From: an uncultured Gemmatimonadales bacterium | GTDB lineage: Bacteria > Gemmatimonadota > Gemmatimonadetes > Longimicrobiales > RSA9 | DNA length: 64,000 nucleotides | Assembly (NCBI GenBank): GCA_963708135.1 | Contig: OY970192.1 | Coordinates: 3,712,001 to 3,776,000, forward strand | Direction: 5' to 3' | In this document: one piece after another, positions 19,912 through 28,970 of the stretch | Numbering within the stretch: the first letter of the stretch is position 1 | How the letters are laid out: each line of letters starts with the position of its first letter | Notes under the pieces: model-generated | Database searches by the model: none | Told to the model about the DNA's origin: nothing | What the model saw: only the letters and a program-made list of their open reading frames with translations | Made by a program: the position numbers and the translations under genes

Positions 19912-21669
19912 TCAGGGGATGCCGGCGCCCGTCAGGCGCAGGTGCTCGGCCACCGGGCCCAACGCGAGGGCGGGAATGAACGTGAGGGCGCCCACCACGA
20001 TCACGACCGCCACCAGCATCACCACGAACAGCGGACCGTGTGTGGGCAGGGTTCCGGCGCTCGGGGGCACCTTCTTCTTCCCCACGAGCGAGCCGGCGAT
20101 CGCCAGCGCCGGGAGCGCCACCCAGTAGCGGGCGAAAAGCATGGCCAGTCCACCGGTCACGTTAACCAGCGGCACGTTCGCGCCGTAACCCGCGAACGCG
20201 CTGCCGTTGTTGTTGCCCATCGAGGAAAACGCGTACAGGATCTGGCTGAGTCCGTGCGGCCCCGGATTCGTCGTGGCCGCGACCCCCGCAGGCGCCACCG
20301 CAGCGATGCCGGCGCCGATCAGCACCGCGGCCGGCGGCACCAGGATGGCGATGGAGGCCATCTTCATCTCGAACGGCTCGATCTTCTTGCCCAGCCATTC
20401 GGGCGTTCGACCCACCATGAGGCCGGCAACGAAGACGGCGACGATGGCGAAGATCAGCATCCCGTAGAGCCCCGAGCCCACACCGCCGTAGACCACCTCA
20501 CCGAGCTGGATCAGCCACATCGGCAGCAGCCCGCCGAGCGGCGTGTAGGAGTCGTGCATCGAGTTCACGGAGCCGTTGGAAGCGGCGGTCGTGGCCGCGG
20601 CCCAGGTGGCCGAGCTGGCGATCCCGAGACGGACCTCCTTCCCCTCCATGTTGCCGCCCGCCTGGAGCGCTCCGGCCTGCTGCGACACGCCGAGCGGGGC
20701 GAGCGCCGGGTTGCCGTGCTGCTCCGCCACGGCCGTGCCAATGAGGAGCGGCACGAAGATGACGGTCATCGCGGCCAGCACGGCCCACCCCTGGCGCGTG
20801 TCGCCGACCATGCGGCCGAAGGTGTGGGTCAGCGCGGCCGGGATCAGCAGGATCGCCAGCATCTCGAAGAAGTTGGAGAGCGGCGTGGGGTTCTCGAACG
20901 GGTGCGCGGAGTTGACGTTGAAGAAGCCGCCGCCGTTGGTGCCGAGCTGCTTGATGGCGACCTGGGAGGAAGCGGGGCCGAGGGCCAGCACCTGTCGCGT
21001 CACGGCGTGCCCGTCGGCGCCGACCGCCGGCTGAAGCAGCTGCACGGTGCGGTAGGGAGCGAACGTCTGGACCACCCCCTGCGAGGTCTGAGCGAGCGCC
21101 AGCACGAGCGAGAGGGGAAGCAGGATGTAGAGCGTGGTCCGGGTGAGGTCCACCCAGAAGTTGCCGATGGTCGTCGCCTCGCGCCGCGAGACGGCACGGA
21201 TGAGCGCGACCAGGATCGCCATTCCCGTGGCCGCCGAGACGAAGTTCTGGACGGTCAGCCCGACCATCTGGGTCAGGTAGCTCAGCGTCGTCTCGCCGCC
21301 GTAGTTCTGCCAGTTGGTGTTGCTGGCGAAGCTGACGGCCACGTTCCAGGCCGAGTTCGGCGCCACGGCGCCAATGTGCTCGGGGTTGAGAGGCAGCCAT
21401 CCCTGCACCCGCTGGAGCAGGTAGACGAGCAGCAGCCCGGCGGCATTGAATACGAGCATGGCCAGCGCGTAGCCGGTCCAGCGCTGCTCGCGTGCCGGAT
21501 CGACTCCGGCGGCGCGGTAGATCAGGCGCTCGAGCCACCGGAAGCCGCGGTCGAGCCCGAAGAGCGGGCGCCCCTCGTAGACGCGGGCCATCCAGGCGCC
21601 GAGCGGCTTCACCAGCACGAGCAGGACGGCCATGTAGACGGCGATCTGGAACCAGCTCACGGCGCTCAC
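19912..21669 (-). CDS. kdpA: K+-transporting ATPase subunit A
   Basis: [40 protein letters not shown] start overlaps the kdpF stop. Confidence 0.98.
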   Translation of the reverse strand: MSAVSWFQIAVYMAVLLVLVKPLGAWMARVYEGRPLFGLDRGFRWLERLIYRAAGVDPAREQRWTGYALAMLVFNAAGLLLVYLLQRVQGWLPLNPEHIGAVAPNSAWNVAVSFASNTNWQNYGGETTLSYLTQMVGLTVQNFVSAATGMAILVALIRAVSRREATTIGNFWVDLTRTTLYILLPLSLVLALAQTSQGVVQTFAPYRTVQLLQPAVGADGHAVTRQVLALGPASSQVAIKQLGTNGGGFFNVNSAHPFENPTPLSNFFEMLAILLIPAALTHTFGRMVGDTRQGWAVLAAMTVIFVPLLIGTAVAEQHGNPALAPLGVSQQAGALQAGGNMEGKEVRLGIASSATWAAATTAASNGSVNSMHDSYTPLGGLLPMWLIQLGEVVYGGVGSGLYGMLIFAIVAVFVAGLMVGRTPEWLGKKIEPFEMKMASIAILVPPAAVLIGAGIAAVAPAGVAATTNPGPHGLSQILYAFSSMGNNNGSAFAGYGANVPLVNVTGGLAMLFARYWVALPALAIAGSLVGKKKVPPSAGTLPTHGPLFVVMLVAVVIVVGALTFIPALALGPVAEHLRLTGAGIP

Positions 21670-21758
21670 GAGAAGCGCTCCGGCCTGAGCAGCGCGATGA
21701 CAAGGTAGACCAGGAGGGCCAGGGCGACGATCGCGCCGATCCAGTACCAGGCCGTCAT
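21666..21758 (-). CDS. kdpF: K+-transporting ATPase subunit F (30 aa)
   Basis: Manually translated [40 protein letters not shown] signature; GGAGG RBS; GTGA overlap with kdpA. Confidence 0.93.
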   Translation of the reverse strand: MTAWYWIGAIVALALLVYLVIALLRPERFS

Positions 21759-21771
21759 CAGGATGCCTCCA

Positions 21772-21855
21772 TCACAGCCGCTCGGCCAGGCGCACGAACG
21801 CCCAGGAGAGGGCGAAGAACAGCACCGTCAGGAGAATAAAGATGAGATCCGCCAT
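21772..21855 (-). CDS. 27-aa single-TM peptide upstream of kdpF
   Basis: MADLIFILLTVLFFALSWAFVRLAERL; RBS GGAGCGAGG; stops 13 nt before kdpF. Confidence 0.8.
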   Translation of the reverse strand: MADLIFILLTVLFFALSWAFVRLAERL

Positions 21856-21879
21856 GCCTCGCTCCGCATTGTCGGCGGT

Positions 21880-22722
21880 TCAGCGCCGCAGCCGCACGGC
21901 GGCTCCCAGGCCGAACAGCCAGTCCTCCGCCGCGGCATCGAGACCCCGATCCACAAAGGCGTCCAGCTGAAGCCGCCGACGCAGCAGCCAGGTCGCTCCG
22001 GCGCCCACATAGGCCGGGTTCTCGCCGCCCGGGGTGGGGTACGCGCCGGCCTCGAGGTAGCCGGAGAGGCGCTGGCTCAGCCACCGTCCGAGTGCCGCCG
22101 CGAGCGCGCCCGTCGTCGTGTGCCCGGCCGTGCCGTCGGGAACGATCGCGATCCCTCCGAGCAGGTTCAAGCCCAGGGCCTGCGGGAGCGCCCACGTGGT
22201 CACGGCGTTCAGCGTATAGCTCGGACGCTGGCCGGCGAAGCGAGCATCCCCGACCGGCAGGACCACGGACGGGATGAGGGCCACGGCGGGCCAGCCCCCG
22301 CTGCCGCCGGCGGCGAGCTTCGCTCCCACCTCGAGGCCCCCGAAGCCGCTCGATTCGGTAGCCGTACCGTCAGAACTCTCGCGGAGGAAGCTGAACAGTG
22401 GCGTCCCGAGGCGCAACTCGGCGCCGCTCACGAGCCCGAAGCGGACCAGCGCCGGAAAGTTCACCAGACAGTCGCGCGCGCCGGCCTCCGTGCGCAGCGA
22501 GAATGCCGGAGCCCCGAGCTCCAGCTGCACCGCGCCGGGGGGAACGGCCAGGCTGCTGAAGCCCAGACCGGGCCGATCGGTCGCGATGGTCTGCTGCGCC
22601 CGCGCGCCCGGTATCGCCAACCAGAGGAGCGCGCCCGCCAGCACCACCGCGCCCGGCGGGCGAGGCCGCCGGCGCACCCGCCGGATTCCGAGCACCTCAC
22701 GAGCCCGCCCGTTCCCGATCAT
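21880..22722 (-). CDS. Outer-membrane beta-barrel 'transporter' (Phenol_MetA_deg-like), first gene of the kdp cluster
   Basis: GGAGG RBS before ATG 22722; signal peptide; IATDRPG...VPPGAVQLE N-terminal motif; amphipathic strands; terminal GAAVRL. Confidence 0.8.
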   Translation of the reverse strand: MIGNGRAREVLGIRRVRRRPRPPGAVVLAGALLWLAIPGARAQQTIATDRPGLGFSSLAVPPGAVQLELGAPAFSLRTEAGARDCLVNFPALVRFGLVSGAELRLGTPLFSFLRESSDGTATESSGFGGLEVGAKLAAGGSGGWPAVALIPSVVLPVGDARFAGQRPSYTLNAVTTWALPQALGLNLLGGIAIVPDGTAGHTTTGALAAALGRWLSQRLSGYLEAGAYPTPGGENPAYVGAGATWLLRRRLQLDAFVDRGLDAAAEDWLFGLGAAVRLRR

Positions 22723-22895
22723 CGCACCTCCGCACCGCACTCCCGAGACGGCGGCGCTTCGGCCGTCCGCGTCCGCCTCCCCGCCCGACCGGGGACGGAT
22801 CGGCATCCCGGCCTGCAGCCGGCCTCAAACGTTCCGGCTTGAGAATGGCCGCCGGAGGCGTGCCCTCACAAGCGCAAGGGCGTGGCGTCCGGGCG

Positions 22896-22916
22896 CTTCT
22901 TTGTCCACTCTTTGTG
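22896..22916. promoter_or_regulatory. Candidate OmpR-type (KdpE) direct repeat in the divergent kdp/kdpE intergenic region
   Basis: CTTTGT at 22899 and 22910 (11-bp period); CTTCTTTGT is shared with 25271. Confidence 0.3.
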
Positions 22917-22980
22917 GCGCCGCGTTGTGGCCGGCCGGTTGCCCCGTGCGCCGCGGGTTGGGCCGACTTAGCTTTGACCC

Positions 22981-23673
22981 ATGACTCCGAACCTCGCCCT
23001 CGTCATCGATGACGAGCCGCAGATCCGGCGCGCGGTGGCGCACGCGCTGGGCGGCGAGTTCGAGCGCGTGCTGGAGGCGGCCACGGCGGAGGAGGGGATC
23101 GCGCAGACGGCGGCGGCGCGGCCGGCGCTCGTGATCCTAGACCTGGCGCTGCCGGACCGGGACGGCGCGGCGGTGTGCCGGGAGATCCGCTCGTGGTCCA
23201 CGGTGCCGATCATCGTGCTCTCGGCCCGGCACTCGGAGCGGGAGAAGGTGGCGCTCCTCGACGCGGGCGCGGACGACTACATCACCAAGCCGTTCGGCAC
23301 CCTGGAGCTGCAGGCGCGGGTGCGCGCGCAGCTGCGTCGGGCGCGAGCCGCCGAGCCGGGTGACGAGGGAGTGGTCGACATCGGCGAGCTGCGCATCGAT
23401 CTCGTGGGCCGCACGCTGACCCGCGCCGGCGAGGACGTGCACCTGACACCCACCGAGTGGGCCCTGCTCAGGACGTTCATCCGCCACGCCGGGAAGACGC
23501 TCACGCACCGGCAGCTCTTCCGCGAGGTCTGGCCGAACTCCGCCGGCGACCCGCAGCAGTACCTTCGCGTGTACGTGGCCAACCTGCGGCGCAAGATCGA
23601 GCGCGACCCGGTGCGGCCCGCGCTCATCCACACGGAGCCCGGTGTCGGCTACCGGTTCACCGCGCTCGACTGA
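22981..23673 (+). CDS. kdpE: OmpR-family response regulator KdpE
   Basis: VIDDEPQIRR, ILDLALPD, LDAGADDYITKPF, HLTPTE, YLRVYVANLRRKIE, TEPGVGYR. Confidence 0.93.
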   Translation: MTPNLALVIDDEPQIRRAVAHALGGEFERVLEAATAEEGIAQTAAARPALVILDLALPDRDGAAVCREIRSWSTVPIIVLSARHSEREKVALLDAGADDYITKPFGTLELQARVRAQLRRARAAEPGDEGVVDIGELRIDLVGRTLTRAGEDVHLTPTEWALLRTFIRHAGKTLTHRQLFREVWPNSAGDPQQYLRVYVANLRRKIERDPVRPALIHTEPGVGYRFTALD

Positions 23674-25261
23674 GCCAGGCGCGACCGCACCGGGCCAGCC
23701 GGGCGCCACCGCGCCGGCTTTGAGCCAGCCCGGCGCGATCGGGGGGCTGCCGTGGCTCCTGCTGGTCGCGGCGGCCACGGCGCTGCTGGTGGCCGCCCGC
23801 GCACAGCTGCAGGCGGCGCACGCGGCGCTGATCTACCTGCTCATCGTGCTGGGGGGCAGCTCCCGGCTGGGACGGGCGTGGGGCGTGGCGCTGGCCGTGC
23901 TCTGCTTCCTCACCTTCAACTTCTTCCTGCTCCCACCGTACTACACGTTCGCCATCCGCGACCCGCTGGACTGGCTGGTCCTGGTCGCGTTCCTGGCGAC
24001 CGGCGTCACGGCGGCGCACCTGCTCGACCGGGCGCAGCGGGAGGCACGCGCCGCGCGCGAGCGCGCGGGCGAGGTGGACCGGCTCTCGGTGGTCGGGGCC
24101 GAGGCGCTGAACGCGGGGCGGGCGGAGGACGGCGTGGCGGCGATCGCGCGCGTGCTGCGCGAGCGGCTGGCGCTCGGCTGCTGCGAGATCTACCAGCGCA
24201 CGGAAGGCGACGCGGGACTCCGCCGCGTCGCCCGCGACGCCGCCCCCGACTACGACGAGTACTCGGAGGCCGCGCGCGAGAACGCGGTCGCGCGGGCGGC
24301 CCGCGGAAGCGGCGTCGCCGAAGGCGGCGGCGGCGAGGCGCGCGAGATCCCCGGGGCGCCCGGGCGGGTGCTGGCGTACGAGGGTGAGGCCCGCGCCCTG
24401 GCGCTCCCGCTGCGCGTGCGGGAGCGCACGGTGGGCGTGCTGCGACTCGCCAGCGAACGGCCGATCCGCCTGGACGAGCCGGCCCGGCGGTTCGCCGAAG
24501 CGCTCGCTTACTACGCCGCACTGGGCGTGGAGCGCGTGCGGCTCGTGGCGGAGGCGGAGCACGCCGAAGCCCTGCGCGAGGCCGACCGGCTGAAGGATGC
24601 GCTGCTCGCCTCGGTGTCCCACGACCTGCGCACGCCGCTCACTACCATCAAGGCGCTGGCCCATGAGATCGGCGAGGGCGGCGACACGCGCGCCGGCGTT
24701 CTCGAGGCCGAGGCCGACCGGCTGAACCGCTTCGTCTCCGACCTGCTCGACCTCTCCCGCATGAACAGCGGCGCGCTCCCCGTGGCGCCGGAGCTCGTCC
24801 CCGCGGAGGACCTCGTGGGTGCGGCGCTCGACCAGATCCGAAGCACGGCCGGGCCTCACGAGATCGCCGTCCGGCAGCCGGACGGGGGGCGCCTGCTCGT
24901 CGGCCGCTTCGACTTCGTGCTCGCTCTTCGCGCCCTCGTCAACCTCATCGAGAACGCATGCAAGTACGGCGGGGCGGCGCCCGTCGAGGTCGAGGTCGCA
25001 GGCGACGGCACCCGCCTCACCTTCACCGTGGCCGACCGCGGCCCCGGCGTACCGGAGGCCGATCGGGAGCGTATCTTCGAGCCATTCTACCGCGGCGCAG
25101 GCACCGCGGGCAGCCGCGGGACGGGCCTCGGCCTGAGCATCGCGCGGCGGCTGGCTGAAGCGCAGGGCGGCGGCGTCCGCCACGAACCCCGCCCCGGCGG
25201 CGGGAGCCGGTTCGTGCTCACCCTCCCGGCAGTGGCCGGCGTCGAGCTGGAGCCCGGCTGA
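23642..25261 (+). CDS. Short KdpD-like sensor histidine kinase (DUF4118-GAF-HisKA-HATPase); start may be TTG 23720
   Basis: FNFFLLPPYYTFAI TM motif; ADRLKDALLASVSHDLRTPLT; GTGLGLSI; lacks the N-terminal KdpD and Usp domains. Confidence 0.9.
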   Translation: MSATGSPRSTEPGATAPGQPGATAPALSQPGAIGGLPWLLLVAAATALLVAARAQLQAAHAALIYLLIVLGGSSRLGRAWGVALAVLCFLTFNFFLLPPYYTFAIRDPLDWLVLVAFLATGVTAAHLLDRAQREARAARERAGEVDRLSVVGAEALNAGRAEDGVAAIARVLRERLALGCCEIYQRTEGDAGLRRVARDAAPDYDEYSEAARENAVARAARGSGVAEGGGGEAREIPGAPGRVLAYEGEARALALPLRVRERTVGVLRLASERPIRLDEPARRFAEALAYYAALGVERVRLVAEAEHAEALREADRLKDALLASVSHDLRTPLTTIKALAHEIGEGGDTRAGVLEAEADRLNRFVSDLLDLSRMNSGALPVAPELVPAEDLVGAALDQIRSTAGPHEIAVRQPDGGRLLVGRFDFVLALRALVNLIENACKYGGAAPVEVEVAGDGTRLTFTVADRGPGVPEADRERIFEPFYRGAGTAGSRGTGLGLSIARRLAEAQGGGVRHEPRPGGGSRFVLTLPAVAGVELEPG

Positions 25262-25270
25262 GAGACGCTG

Positions 25271-25315
25271 CTTCTTTGTGTTTCCTTGACGCCATCCACG
25301 CCGACCTTTACACGC
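25271..25315 (+). promoter_or_regulatory. Candidate KdpE-type binding site/promoter upstream of the KimA-like permease
   Basis: T-rich repeats CTTTGTG (25274), CTTGACG (25285) and CTTTACA (25306), roughly in helical phase; resembles the E. coli KdpE TTTATA..TTTACA box. Confidence 0.45.
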
Positions 25316-25380
25316 CCTTCCCGGCGATCCCCCCATTGTGAGTTCTTTGTGCTGCTTTCGCGCACGGGGGGCGAGGGGAC

Positions 25381-27342
25381 GTGCTTTCGCGGCTGAAGCG
25401 GCTGCTGGTGGGGCGGCCGAGGGACATCACGAACCCCGAGGTCTTCCACAAGATCTCGCTCATCGCGCTACTGGCGTGGGTCGGGCTGGGGGCGGACGGG
25501 CTGTCGTCGTCGGCGTACGGGCCGGACGAGGCGTTCCGCGCGCTGGGCGGAGCCCACTACCTGGCCATCAGCCTGGCGCTGGCGAGCACGGTGACCGTGC
25601 TCGTGATCGCGCTCGCGTACTCGCAGATCATCAAGCGGTTTCCATACGGCGGCGGCGGCTACGTGGTGGCGACGGAGCTGCTGGGGCCGCGGCTGGGGGT
25701 GATCTCGGGGTCCGCGCTGCTCGTGGACTACGTGCTCACGATCTCGGTCTCGATCGCGGGCGGCGGCGACCAGGTCTTCAGCGTGTTCCCGCCGGCGTGG
25801 GCGCACTGGAAGGTTGCCGCCGAAGCGGTGGTGATCGCGCTGATGGTGATCCTGAACCTGCGGGGGGTGAAGGAGTCGGTCACCATCCTGGCGCCGATCT
25901 TCGGGGCGTTCCTGCTGCTGCACGCGTTTCTGATCGTGGCCGGGATCGGGGCGCACGCGGGGGAAGTCGCGCCGACGGCCGCCCGCGTGGCGGCCGGGTA
26001 CCGGCACGGCTTCGCGACGCTCGGGATCCTCGGCATGGGCAGCCTGCTGCTGCGGGCGTACTCGATGGGCGCGGGGACGTACACGGGGATCGAGGCGGTG
26101 TCGAACGGGATCCAGATCATGCGCGAGCCGAAGGTCGAGACGGCGAGGCGCACGATGACCTACATGGCGATCTCGCTCGCGCTGACCGCGGGCGGAATCC
26201 TCGTCCTGTACCTGCTCTACCAGGTCCGGCCGGAGGCGGGAAAGACGCTCAACGTGATCGTCACGGAGCGGTTCGTCGAGCGGGTGCCGATCGGGCACTG
26301 GTTCGTTGCCGCCATCGCGGCGTCCGAGGCGGCGCTGCTCTTCGTGGCGGCGCAGGCCGGGTTCGTGGATGGCCCGCGCGTCATGAGCTCCATGGCGCTG
26401 GACTCGTGGCTGCCGCACCGCTTCGCGCAGATATCGGACAGGCTGGCCATGGCGAACGGCGTGCTGCTCATGGGCGGCGCGGCACTGCTCACGCTGTTCT
26501 ACACGCGCGGCGACATCACCACGCTGGTCACCATGTACTCGATCAACGTCTTCGTGACCTTCTCGCTCTCACAGGCCGGGATGCTGCGCTACTGGCTGCG
26601 GCACCGGAAGCGGGAGGGACACGAGCGCGGGCTCGCGATCCACGGCGTCGCCTTCATTCTGTGCTTCGGCATTCTGGTCGGCGTGCTCTACGAGAAGTTC
26701 GCCATCGGGGGCTGGGTGACCACCGTGGCGACGACGGTGATCATCGCGCTCTGCTTCTGGATCCGGCACCACTACCGTGGCGTGCAGAAGCACATCCGGC
26801 GGCTCGACGAGGTGTTCGCGGAGATGCCCGCGCACGGCGAGGCGGAGCCGCAGCCGCTGGACCGCTCCAGGCCGACGGCCGTGCTGTTCGTGGGCGCCTA
26901 CAGCGGCCTGGGCGTTCACGCGCTGCTGACCATCCAGCGACTCTTCCCCGGATTCTACCGGAATTTCCTCTTCGTCTCGATCGGCGTGATCGACGCCGCC
27001 ACGCTGCACGGCGTCGAGGAGGTTGACCGGCTGCGAGGCGAGACCCAGGAATCGCTCCGCCGGTACGTCGGCCTCGCCCGCAAGCTGGGGCTCTCGGCCG
27101 ACTACCGCATGGAGATCGCGCCCGACGCACTGATCGCGGCGGAGCAGCTCGCGGCGGCCATTGCGAAGGAGTACCCGCGCGCCGTGTTCTACCTCGGCAA
27201 GCTCATCTTTCAGAAGCCGACCTGGCTCGAGCGCCTGCTCCACAACCGGACCGCCGAGAACATCCAGCAGCGCCTCCAGTTCATGGGCCTCTCCGCCGTC
27301 ATCCTGCCCGTCCGGGCCATGGCCGAGGCGCGGGCGGCCTGA
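25381..27342 (+). CDS. APC-superfamily permease, KimA/YdaO-like K+ transporter
   Basis: DGLSSSAYGPDE, YPxGGGxY-like (FPYGGGGY), NLRGVKES, TGIEAVSNG; many TM segments; soluble C-terminal domain ending LLHNRTA. Confidence 0.88.
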   Translation: MLSRLKRLLVGRPRDITNPEVFHKISLIALLAWVGLGADGLSSSAYGPDEAFRALGGAHYLAISLALASTVTVLVIALAYSQIIKRFPYGGGGYVVATELLGPRLGVISGSALLVDYVLTISVSIAGGGDQVFSVFPPAWAHWKVAAEAVVIALMVILNLRGVKESVTILAPIFGAFLLLHAFLIVAGIGAHAGEVAPTAARVAAGYRHGFATLGILGMGSLLLRAYSMGAGTYTGIEAVSNGIQIMREPKVETARRTMTYMAISLALTAGGILVLYLLYQVRPEAGKTLNVIVTERFVERVPIGHWFVAAIAASEAALLFVAAQAGFVDGPRVMSSMALDSWLPHRFAQISDRLAMANGVLLMGGAALLTLFYTRGDITTLVTMYSINVFVTFSLSQAGMLRYWLRHRKREGHERGLAIHGVAFILCFGILVGVLYEKFAIGGWVTTVATTVIIALCFWIRHHYRGVQKHIRRLDEVFAEMPAHGEAEPQPLDRSRPTAVLFVGAYSGLGVHALLTIQRLFPGFYRNFLFVSIGVIDAATLHGVEEVDRLRGETQESLRRYVGLARKLGLSADYRMEIAPDALIAAEQLAAAIAKEYPRAVFYLGKLIFQKPTWLERLLHNRTAENIQQRLQFMGLSAVILPVRAMAEARAA

Positions 27343-27488
27343 GCCGACGCCTCTTCACGGAGTCTTAGCGGTCCGCACTCCGATCCTCGCGCGCCATTCA
27401 CGGGTCACCGGCCAACTTGACAATGCCGGCGGATGCACCGCCGGCGCCGCGGCCACGGCCGCGCCTCGCCGCCACCGGCTCCGGACCC

Positions 27489-27998
27489 ATGATCGGCCTC
27501 TACCTCGACCTGCTGCCCCACGCGGCGCGCCGGCGCATCGTGACTGCCCGCCGGTGGACGACTCGCGCCTATGCCGACGCCTGCGGTGGGCACTGCCTCC
27601 TCGGCCATGCGGAGAACTGGGGATGGGACGGACGGCGCCCGAGCGCCAACGAAGTCAACTTCGAGACGTTCTCGCTGCGCCGCCGCGCCGGCAATGATCC
27701 GTGGAACCATCCGCCCCTGCTCGCCCACCGCTTCGACCGCCTCTGCGAGAGGTACGGCACCGACCGCGTCGCCGGCTGGATTCGCGCCCGGGCCGAACGG
27801 AAAGAGTGGGAGAGTGGGAGAGTGGGAGACCGGGCGAGGATCGCGGCGGCCGAGCGGGCAACGGCCTCGCAGCGCACGTCGCGACCGCGGCCGCGAACGG
27901 GCCCCGCTTCCGCTTGCGCGCCGCGAGGCGGCCCGCCGGGGCCGGGCACGCGCAGCGTCAGAACCGTAGGCCACGCACGCGCGCCGTCAGAACCGTAG
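27489..27998 (+). CDS. Hypothetical protein whose 3' end reads into repeat element family 1 (alternative start 27423)
   Basis: Globular-looking N-terminal part (CGGHCLLGH...RFDRLCERYG); from 27803 onward the codons derive from the repeat. Confidence 0.6.
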   Translation: MIGLYLDLLPHAARRRIVTARRWTTRAYADACGGHCLLGHAENWGWDGRRPSANEVNFETFSLRRRAGNDPWNHPPLLAHRFDRLCERYGTDRVAGWIRARAERKEWESGRVGDRARIAAAERATASQRTSRPRPRTGPASACAPRGGPPGPGTRSVRTVGHARAPSEP

Positions 27999-28220
27999 GC
28001 CGGGCACGCGCGGCGTCAGAACCGTAGGCCGGGCACGCGCGGCGTCAGAACCGTAGGCCGGGCACGCGCGGCGTCAGAACCGTGGGCCGGGCACGCGCGG
28101 CGTCAGAACCGTGGGCCGGGCACGCGCGGCGCCGGAATGGGCGCGAGGCCCGGCATCGCGCGGGGCAGGATGCGGCCGGCCCGGAGTCCCCCACTCCCCC
28201 ACTCCCCCACTCCCCACTCT
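27803..28220. repeat. Dispersed intergenic element family 1, copy B, containing a 29-bp tandem array
   Basis: Same ends as copy A; about 6.5 copies of GGCCGGGCACGCGCGGCGTCAGAACCGT(A/G) at 27940-28131. Confidence 0.88.
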
Positions 28221-28294
28221 CCGCCCCGAGCGCGGCGCCGGAACGGCCGCCAAGCCCGGCATCGCGCGGGGCGCAATGAACCCGCCCTCGCCCC

Positions 28295-28651
28295 CTACCC
28301 CGGCTCCGGCAGGTCCAGCACGCGCAGCCAGCCGCCGTCCGGCTGCCGCCGGGCGACCTGGACCCGAATCCCGGTCCCGTCGCGGCGACGCGTGGAGGTG
28401 AGCGCCAGGTCGCCCGCGCGCAGAGTCGGCAGCGGCGCCTCCGGCTCGAAGCGGGACACGCGCGCGAGCATGCCCTCGTAGAGGGCGCGGATCGCGTCCC
28501 GGCCCGACGTCGTCTGCCCCGGCGGGTACGCCACCACGGCATCCTCCTCGTACAGCGCGGCGAGACCCGCGGCGTCGCCGGCGTTCGCGCGCTCGACGAA
28601 CAGCCGCGTCAGATCCTCGGGCGTCCCTGCCCGCTCCTCGTTTCGTGCCAT
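28295..28651 (-). CDS. SnoaL-like/NTF2 family protein (YybH-like)
   Basis: PEDLTRLFVERANAGD...LYEEDAV...GRDAIR...VARRQPDGGWL..LD. Confidence 0.88.
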   Translation of the reverse strand: MARNEERAGTPEDLTRLFVERANAGDAAGLAALYEEDAVVAYPPGQTTSGRDAIRALYEGMLARVSRFEPEAPLPTLRAGDLALTSTRRRDGTGIRVQVARRQPDGGWLRVLDLPEPG

Positions 28652-28970
28652 CCAGGTTCCTCCTTCCGGATCATAGCATCCCTGCCGCGCCCGCGCGCGC
28701 GGCGTTCCTCGAGGTCCAGGAGCATCTTCCGCAACAGGCCATCCAGCCTCTCCCGCTCCGCGGCGGTGAGCGGGACCAGGAGCCGCTCCTCGTTGGCGAG
28801 GTGAGCCTCCAGCGCGCGATCGATCCTCTCCCGCCCCGCCTCCGTCAGCCGGACCCGCGTCCCGCGACGGTCCGAGGGGTCCGGGCGCCGCTCCACGAGC
28901 CCCGCGTCCGCCAGCCGGTCCAGCCGCTTCGTCATGCCGCCGCTCGACAGCAGCGTCGCCCGCATGAGCT
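28609..28970 (-). pseudogene. MarR-family regulator, 5'-truncated
   Basis: Starts mid-HTH (LMRATLLSSGGMTKRLDRL...RRPDPSDRRG..VRLT..G); N-terminal helices are absent. Confidence 0.78.

Noticed and set aside
17884..21708. Long ORFs overlapping real genes (e.g. 17884-21708 +, 46657-50103 +, 1147-4041 -, 5353-8421 +, 11156-13873 +)
   Set aside because: Antisense or off-frame shadows of recognisable genes, expected at this GC content; Arg/Ala/Gly-rich with no motifs.
23671..23745. Short imperfect direct repeats at the kdpE/kinase junction
   Set aside because: Low-complexity GC-rich duplication; it only affects the choice of start codon.
25262..25380. c-di-AMP (ydaO) riboswitch before the KimA-like gene
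   Set aside because: The gap is only ~120 bp and I could not see the conserved motifs; an Rfam search would settle it.
27940..28131. 29-bp repeats as a CRISPR array
   Set aside because: Units are contiguous with no unique spacers, and there are no cas genes in the window.
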